A program made the position numbers and the translations under genes. A DNA stretch of 55,964 nucleotides, the filler included, from Sphacelaria rigidula (lineage: Eukaryota), in assembly GCA_964200075.2 (NCBI GenBank). It is 4 parts of 4 records of this genome, joined end to end, with 100 filler letters (N's around TTAATTAATTAA, not from the genome) between each part and the next. Parts side by side here need not be neighbours in the genome. Positions count along the whole stretch, not along the records: positions 42,050 to 55,964 come from CAXNAA020002591.1; 3 more parts are not named here. One strand, 5' to 3'. The notes under the pieces were generated by a model. The model made no database searches, was not told the origin of the DNA, and saw only the letters and a program-made list of their open reading frames with translations. Below are positions 49,101-55,964 of the stretch, piece by piece. Each line of letters opens with the position of its first letter. The stretch's first letter is position 1.

Positions 49101-49748
49101 ACGGCTTCTGACGACTCTACGACAACAAGGAGCATCCTGTCATCACGCGACATGGAGGCGGACGAAGCGGCGGAAGCCGCGGTCGGCCTGACGGGCATCG
49201 GTGCCTTGTTGCACCACTTCACCTCCGACGACGACGATCACACCAACGAGATTGCCAGAAAATCGTCGTCCATCTACCTTGCGACGGTGACGAACAGCGG
49301 AGACGACGGACTACGCGAGATGGCCGTGTTCTGCGCCGGCTTCGCCCACCCTGGCCTCGCTGCCGCACCCGACACGGCCCCGCCCGCTGTCCTCGCCCGC
49401 CAAGTTTCTGCTTTCCTGGAGCAGGAGCAAACCGTGACACAAGACCTTCGCGTTTATGCCGAGGCTCTTGACCCCGCGGCGGCCGACGTGGTCGGCTGCT
49501 GCGCGCGCGGCGGCGACGAACAGAAAAAGCCGCCATCAGCGGCCGACGAGGAGAAACTTCTCAGAATCTTCTGTCGTTACGCGGCTTGCCGACTCGGGCG
49601 TGCTCTCGAGATCGCATCGGCAATCGCGGAATACCGCGGTCCGTCGAAGGCTGTGAAGGAGACGAACGTCGAGGTAGCTCGGCGCGTCAGCCCCCTGCTA
49701 GATGAATGTCGGTGGAAGTGGTGGCGCGCCGCTGTTCGGTTCGGCTAA
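49101..49748 (+). CDS. HSF: Heat shock transcription factor, terminal exon 6
   Basis: caatag| phase 0, in frame with ORF 49152-49748, ending TAA. Joined CDS is 2979 nt (992 aa). Confidence 0.8.
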   Translation, partial: TASDDSTTTRSILSSRDMEADEAAEAAVGLTGIGALLHHFTSDDDDHTNEIARKSSSIYLATVTNSGDDGLREMAVFCAGFAHPGLAAAPDTAPPAVLARQVSAFLEQEQTVTQDLRVYAEALDPAAADVVGCCARGGDEQKKPPSAADEEKLLRIFCRYAACRLGRALEIASAIAEYRGPSKAVKETNVEVARRVSPLLDECRWKWWRAAVRFG

Positions 49749-52700
49749 GAGTCTTGCTATCCCATTGGCGTTTTGTCGTCTTTATTTTCTTGTTTATTTT
49801 GAACGCTGCACGTGCGTCACGTTGTGGATGGACGGAGGAAGGAGGGAGCTCACGTGTTGTGTGCGACAATCTCATACTAGACGAATGCTACAACTACCGT
49901 AGAGGCGGCACGATACTTAGAATCATTATAAATTGAGATCCCATATACACGGAGCATGCCTGCCTGTGTTGTCCGCAAACAATCGCGGCAATGCAGTGAG
50001 TGTCCACGGAGACTGAAAAGGTTCACCCTCGTGTGCTTCTCACACCACCACACACAAAAACGGGGGGGGGGGGTACGCGTATTGTTGGAGTTCCATGAAA
50101 ACAGTACCTTCTCCGGGTGCGTGGTATATCGTGCGCGAAAGGAGGACAGTATTATACAAAGGAGGCGGGTGGGGGAGGGGGGAACAGCGAGTTCACGCAT
50201 GTGAGTTGGGTCGATAGATCGATGGACGACTGCTGTCCCGTTACCCCCTCTTTTTTTGGTGTTGCTGAATGAAAGGTGTGCACGTTACATAAAGCGTGCA
50301 CGCTACTACGGGGGCTTGAACGGAACGGGTGAGCACGGGGTGCGTTTCTGTGCGCTAGTTCAGGCTGCGTGTGTGTTGAATACTTGTGTAGGCAAGGAGC
50401 GCGTGAGGCACATCGTTGCTACACGATTGAACAGGGTTGGGCCGATGTGTAACTTCTTGAGTAAGCGCGCGCGGGGGGGGGGGGGGGCGTGAGGCGGGTT
50501 GAACTGTAGCTACGTGTTGGGTCAATTTTGTGCTAGTCTCGTTCCTGTAAAGGTGCTTGGAAGGAGGATGAGCGGCGATGCGTATGTATGTGGAAAATCA
50601 TGTTGTTGAGAGTTGTTGTTGTTGTCGAACACCGTTCCCGAGATGGTGATACATGTTAATTTGCTGGAAGCGGGGAGCAAATGTCTTGTGCCCCCTTCGT
50701 TTTTCTCACTGTGCATCTCCGGTAAATCGCTCTTCCCCCTTTTCCCCTCATCCACCCCCCCCATCCCCCCTCTCTCGTGAAAGTGGGCGTTGGCTTGTGC
50801 ATTGCGTATCCTTTAGTGTGTAATGAGTTTTGCCGCAGGACGGGAGGGAAACGCAGTTTGTGCAAATTGTTTTTGTTTTGAGTATATTATATGCTGACGG
50901 CGTAACTTGGCGGAGCGCACACTCGATATTGCACTTGTAGGAAATGGTCATGGGCCGAGATCAAATCATAGTCTAGGAGACCGGGGGGGAGGGGGGTGGG
51001 GGGTTGGGTGTAATATGCTTGTTTATGTTGCGTCTCGATAGCAGGACGCTCGGTTTTGCTACCTTACAGTGAGTACTAGAAATGAACCTACCTACCTTCC
51101 ACAGGTGAGCCGCGGCCGCATTTGTCAGTTCCCGTGCCCGTCGTCGCCTTTTCAGTGCACGGTGTCTACTTGCATTTTTTGTGCGTGTTATCGTTGTGCC
51201 AAGAGGAGGGGAGGCGGGCGGGTGGGTGTGTGGGTGGGTGGGTGAATATACACGCGTAGTTGATAACCGGACAGCACGGATTGTGGGGTGGTTTGGCAGG
51301 ATCACTCATGTGCGCATCGATGATATGTCTGTCCTTGCTCTGTGCAGCGCGAAATTTCGGATTGGGCTGGAAAAATAGAGAAGATACAGAGGGGATTGGA
51401 GACAGGTTGCCATCAGCGCGGATATCTTGTCTGAGGGACGGACAAGAACGGGGGGAGACAGCAGGGGCGGGGCTTAGACGTACAGTAAATCACATCGCGA
51501 TGAGGAACATTTTCTCGTTTCTCTCTTGATAGTTTCAATTTTCGTTCCTTCTTGTCTTGAGGCGCGGTGGGGCACTTTGGCAGAGTTGAGGGCTGATTCC
51601 CTGGTCGAATTCTGTCCATTCCCGTCTTGTATTGTCTGACGAAACCGCCACCTAAGCCAACCCTACCAGCGCAAGTGTTGTACAAGGTTTGTCGCTGTGT
51701 CCCCGACATATTTTCAAGGATTGGAATGACGCACCCCCGCACCACCCACCCTCCCCCTCCTCCCACCCCGACAGTGATTATTGTAGGATGTTTTGGCCCG
51801 TGAGAACGTGACTGGAGCATAACAGACTTGTTTTGAAAGTAGCAAGAAAAGTCACTGTGGAGAGGCATTCCTTCTTCCATGACCCCGACAAATCGTGTCA
51901 CCGTCTGACGTACTTGGATTGTCAGCCTGTGCTTTTGTCGCGCCCCCCACCGGCCGGTCTATTTCTCAAATTTTGATGTGTTGAGTGTGTGCGTGTATTT
52001 TTCTCTGCGCCACCAGTAGAGAAGAAAAGGGTAGGTTTTTCTTTCTGCAAGCCAAGCGTGTGTCGAGAGCCTCGTATAGCTCTCGGGTGTAGTGACCTGG
52101 GAGAGAGAGTGAAGCCCTACCGTGGCTGCTGGATGCGGTGTTGCACGAACACAAGTTTGTGGTGGCGAGAGCGTAAGGGGTCCTTTATATATAGCGTATA
52201 GTGAATTCGGTCTCATTGATGGTAGATTTATCATTCAGGCTTTTTTAGTAGACTATTCCACACCGCTGAACCACCTGTGTCTTGGATTTGTTGTGTCAGG
52301 AAGAAACTATTTTCCCACAGCTTTTGTACCCCCAAAATTTTGGCAACTTTTTTCAACACATACAGGACACACTAGAATCCTGAGGTGACTCGTCGCCTTT
52401 TATTTTTAGAGGGGGGGGAGGGAAAACGGGTGCAGTCTGTCGTTACAGTAACTAGGTATATGGTTTTTGCTTGTAGTGAAAGTCGTTTTTAACAGATGCT
52501 GTTTTTTTTTGGTTGGTTGGTCCTTGTTTTTTTTGTTTATTTTAGGCGGCCGCGTGCTCAGTGCGGCTGGCCCTTTTACGAACCTGTAGCGAGCAAAGAG
52601 CGGACGGACAGTGACTGTCGAAGTAAGCAAAGGTTAGAGAGTAAACGGCGTGTGTTGTTGTCGTTGTTGCTTGGGGCGTATACAACCATACGGTACGTAT

Positions 52701-55696
52701 ACTTCGTGTAAGATATTCATTTGCATGGGTTTCAGCTATAAGAGCATAGCTGGCCGGTGCACACGCCATATGTCCCACTGCAACGAAGCGCGTGTGGAGG
52801 TTATGATACCGGGTTGCACCACTTATAATTTCTCAATCCTCGCAAACAAGAGATTTGTCATGCCACAAGTAGTGCGCGGTTTGCATGAGAGCAATCAGGG
52901 GGGAGAGGGAGGGGATGGGCACGAGGACGACGTCGTTGTTGATCGTTCCAGCACAATACAGCACGAAGCGAGCTATTTTTGCCAGGCGAGTAGCGTCGGC
53001 TGTTGGTTTTATCTCAAGTCATACACAGTCAGTATATATATATATATTTATATTATATATCGAGTATTTCAATGCGGAGGGAGTGGCACGAGCAGCACAA
53101 TACAGTGCATCACAAGAAGCAATTTCGGCGGGGGTTAATTTCACTTGGATGGCGCCCTTTTCTTGATCTGTGGCTACTGTACTTCGTGTAAGCGTGGGGG
53201 TGCACTAGTAGCAATAACTCCATTTTTCTAGTTTTCAGTCTGTTGTTTTGTACCAGGAATCTCTGCGTTGTTTGTGTTTGCCTAGCACGGGGTTTTGCAC
53301 GGAAAACGAGGGAGAGGAGAGGAGTCAACTTGATGAACCTTTTCGCTTCCCTAGTCGTGCTTCGTTATGCGCGACATAGAATCGAGCTAACATGTCTTGT
53401 ACGACGAATTTGGTGGGTGTATACTTCGCACGTAAATCAAAAGGGATGTACACACAGGAATAAGAGGGCTGCTGTCAAAAGAACTCTGAACGATGTGTTT
53501 TGGTGAGATCGAAAATCTTGCGTTGGTTGAGAGCGAGTTTTTTTAATTATTTGCTTCAACTTGATCATTTTTTCGTTTCGTGTGTGCTTTCCTTTGCCCG
53601 TAACACTGTCGTAATGCTTACAGCTACATGTCGATACCCTACTCAGGGATATCAAACGGCTTCAGCGATAAGTTACTACAGAAGGCGTCTGTACAAGTAA
53701 GGCCCGAAGGGGCATTTCGGAACTGAATCTATTCCATTTATCAATTGACCGCTTCTCGCTCTCAATCGTATCCTATTCAGGAGACTCAATCTGTAGCCAA
53801 ATGATACCAAACCATCGTCTGGCAGAGGCTACAAATCCCACGAAAACGTTGTTTTTGTTGGGCGTGGGGGACGAATGTTTGCTCGAGGGCTCAGAGAATC
53901 AGCCGATGCCATATATTAGCCATGGGGAAGTAAACGATGTCCTTGGTGTTGTTGGTTCGTTTCGGATAAGTTTTTATGTCTTTCATTCAAACTTAACGCC
54001 AACGAAGCACATAGATATGGATGCCTGTCGGGTCAACTCTTGGGATGTGCAAACCTTTTTCGGCGCGGAAAAACGTCTCATCCATCATTTTTTTCATTTC
54101 ATGAACAGGTGAGTTCATTTATTACACGTCATTATTCTATTCGAACGAGCAGTGAACTTCGTTCGTTGAGTGTTTGTGTAGGATACTCTTCCTGCCGTCG
54201 TTTATCTCTTGGTACACAATTATATGTTACCCTTCGCGTTGTATGATGAGATGCACCGAGAGGGGTGGCTGTTGTATTCGACGGACATTTGCTTGCGATG
54301 GGAACTTCTCCAGCGCTGTATACGGAAGGTTTCACTACTGTATCGTAAACCGCAAACTATATCAATACATGGAGTCGACGTTCCCGCGAATCTCCCGAAA
54401 TATGCAAGTTCCAGTGCCGTACAGTACCACGGAGTCGCATAATCATTAACGATTCCCGAAAGTATAGCGTGCAACGAGCTCATAGTACCTGCGAGTGATG
54501 CTGCGATATTCCCCCTTCCCCAAAGCAACCAAACCAGCCGCAAAACTGTCAAGGAAATGGCCACACAGCGCACGATAACAGATGATGCTTTCAGACTGCC
54601 TGAAGCGCTTCATAATATGGGCGACATCCAATTTGGCGAAAAACGATCCCAAGCGCAATACTTCCCAGCTGCTCGGTATGCTCGGTTTTTCTCATTTTGT
54701 TTTAAATGTAGATTTTGCCTCCTCACACCAGCCACTTCTTCTCGTGGGGAGCTATCGCGGCATCGCTCCAGTATGTTAACGTGCAAATCCTGTGCGCCAT
54801 ACGTGCCATCCCGCGCTGTAGCCTAGTACCGCGTCACAACATACATCGTTATTTTTCATGACTCGAAAAAACAATATTATTCGAGAGATCGATCGAACGG
54901 TTACAAAGCATTGCACGCTCGTGGAACTGGAGTCTGAAGTTCGATGCCAGTTCACATTACTTTTTCCCGTGTGAATGTTCCATTTAGGCCACTTCTGTTA
55001 TGTGTCAAAATAGTCTTGCTGAAAGGTATGCCTTTTTGGCCCTTCTCCGTCGTTTTTCGCCCGAAACGAGGGCTACTACAGGCGGATGTTTACACCTCGG
55101 ATTGACTTGCTCTACTCCTTGGGACCGTTCCAGGGCACCTTTACTTTGCATTTGCCGTAGTCACAGTTTCGTTTCTAACCAAACTTGCGCATCCTTGTTT
55201 TTTTTTCAACTTGACCTTCAGTTTCAGCAAAACGCAAGTTTGTTTGGCCAGCCAGAAACAAAAAAACTGTTACCCATGAAAAACGCGAAGACGTCCTGGA
55301 ACCGTCTCAACGAGTAAAGGAAGTCAATCCAAGGCGTCAACCCCTGCCTAGCTCCTAGCTCTCTTTTAGGGCGTAAAACGATCAAGAAGAGGGACAAAAA
55401 GTTTGACAGGATTCCTTCATCATGTTCACCATAAGAAGCGGCCTTGACGAGATATATATTAACTATTGTTCTGCACATTATTAGTCTTATCTCTCGAACC
55501 CGTGGTCACAGACGTAGGCTCGTCTTTCCGATATCGTCCCTGCTGTTCCTCACGAGACATTGAGTCCTCGCCATTTTTTCTGAGACTCAGGCCGGATGTT
55601 AAGGCAAACAGATCTTTGGCCCACAGATTGTTCACTTTTGGGACGCTTGACCCACCTTTTGACCCCCAAAAAGGGAAAACCGCCAACACACGTCTC

Positions 55697-55964
55697 GGAC
55701 ACTTTGCATCATCCCACAGAGAGGAGCCTAGTCTGCTTTTCAGATTTTCTTGGCTCCGAGGTTTCGAGATTGGTCGCTGAACAAAAATCTGTGTGCAAAA
55801 ATCTGTGCTTGCCGATCCACAGATTATTGGGCAAACTGGCGGGAGTCGGCGAGCACAGATTTTTGCGCACGGAATATTGTTCAGCGACCGATTTCGAAAC
55901 CTCGGAGCCAAGCGAATCTGAAAAGCAGACTAGGCTCCTCTCTGTGGGGTGATGCAAAGTATCC
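55697..55964. mobile_element. Fold-back element with ~120-bp inverted arms (may extend beyond the window)
   Basis: GGACACTTTGCATCATCCCACAGAGAGGAGCCTAGTCTGCTTTTCAGATT... pairs with ...AATCTGAAAAGCAGACTAGGCTCCTCTCTGTGGGGTGATGCAAAGTATCC. Confidence 0.9.

Noticed and set aside
49749..55400. Many short ORFs downstream of HSF
   Set aside because: Low-complexity sequence (G runs, TG/TA repeats) consistent with 3' UTR or intergenic DNA. No domain or exon chain was recognised.

Overview
Eukaryotic genomic DNA, most consistent with a brown alga (Phaeophyceae): long introns, GC-rich exons and dense repeats. The taxon is inferred from this style, not proven. Three 100-bp artificial gap linkers (44N-TTAATTAATTAA-44N) split the window into four contigs. 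Host genes reconstructed by reading splice sites are: one internal exon of signal peptidase subunit SPCS3/SPC22-23 (3295-3384); a 616-codon orphan terminal exon (15824-17674); four exons of a divergent MARCH6/DOA10-like E3 ligase (about 20580-24977, with a GC splice donor); and a complete six-exon heat-shock-factor gene (42445-49748, about 992 aa). The rest is mostly mobile DNA. It includes an RT-deleted Ty1/copia element with a half-tRNA(iMet) primer site and an exact 5-bp TSD, and a 6.8-kb Gypsy-derived LARD-like element with about 445-bp LTRs. It also includes four copies of a tRNA-derived SINE, three fold-back elements (one piggyBac-like), LINE fragments and several tandem arrays. I found no clear new multi-gene system. 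The best leads are the shortened MARCH6-like gene, the orphan exon, the non-autonomous LTR elements and the long hairpins. All alignments were made by eye.
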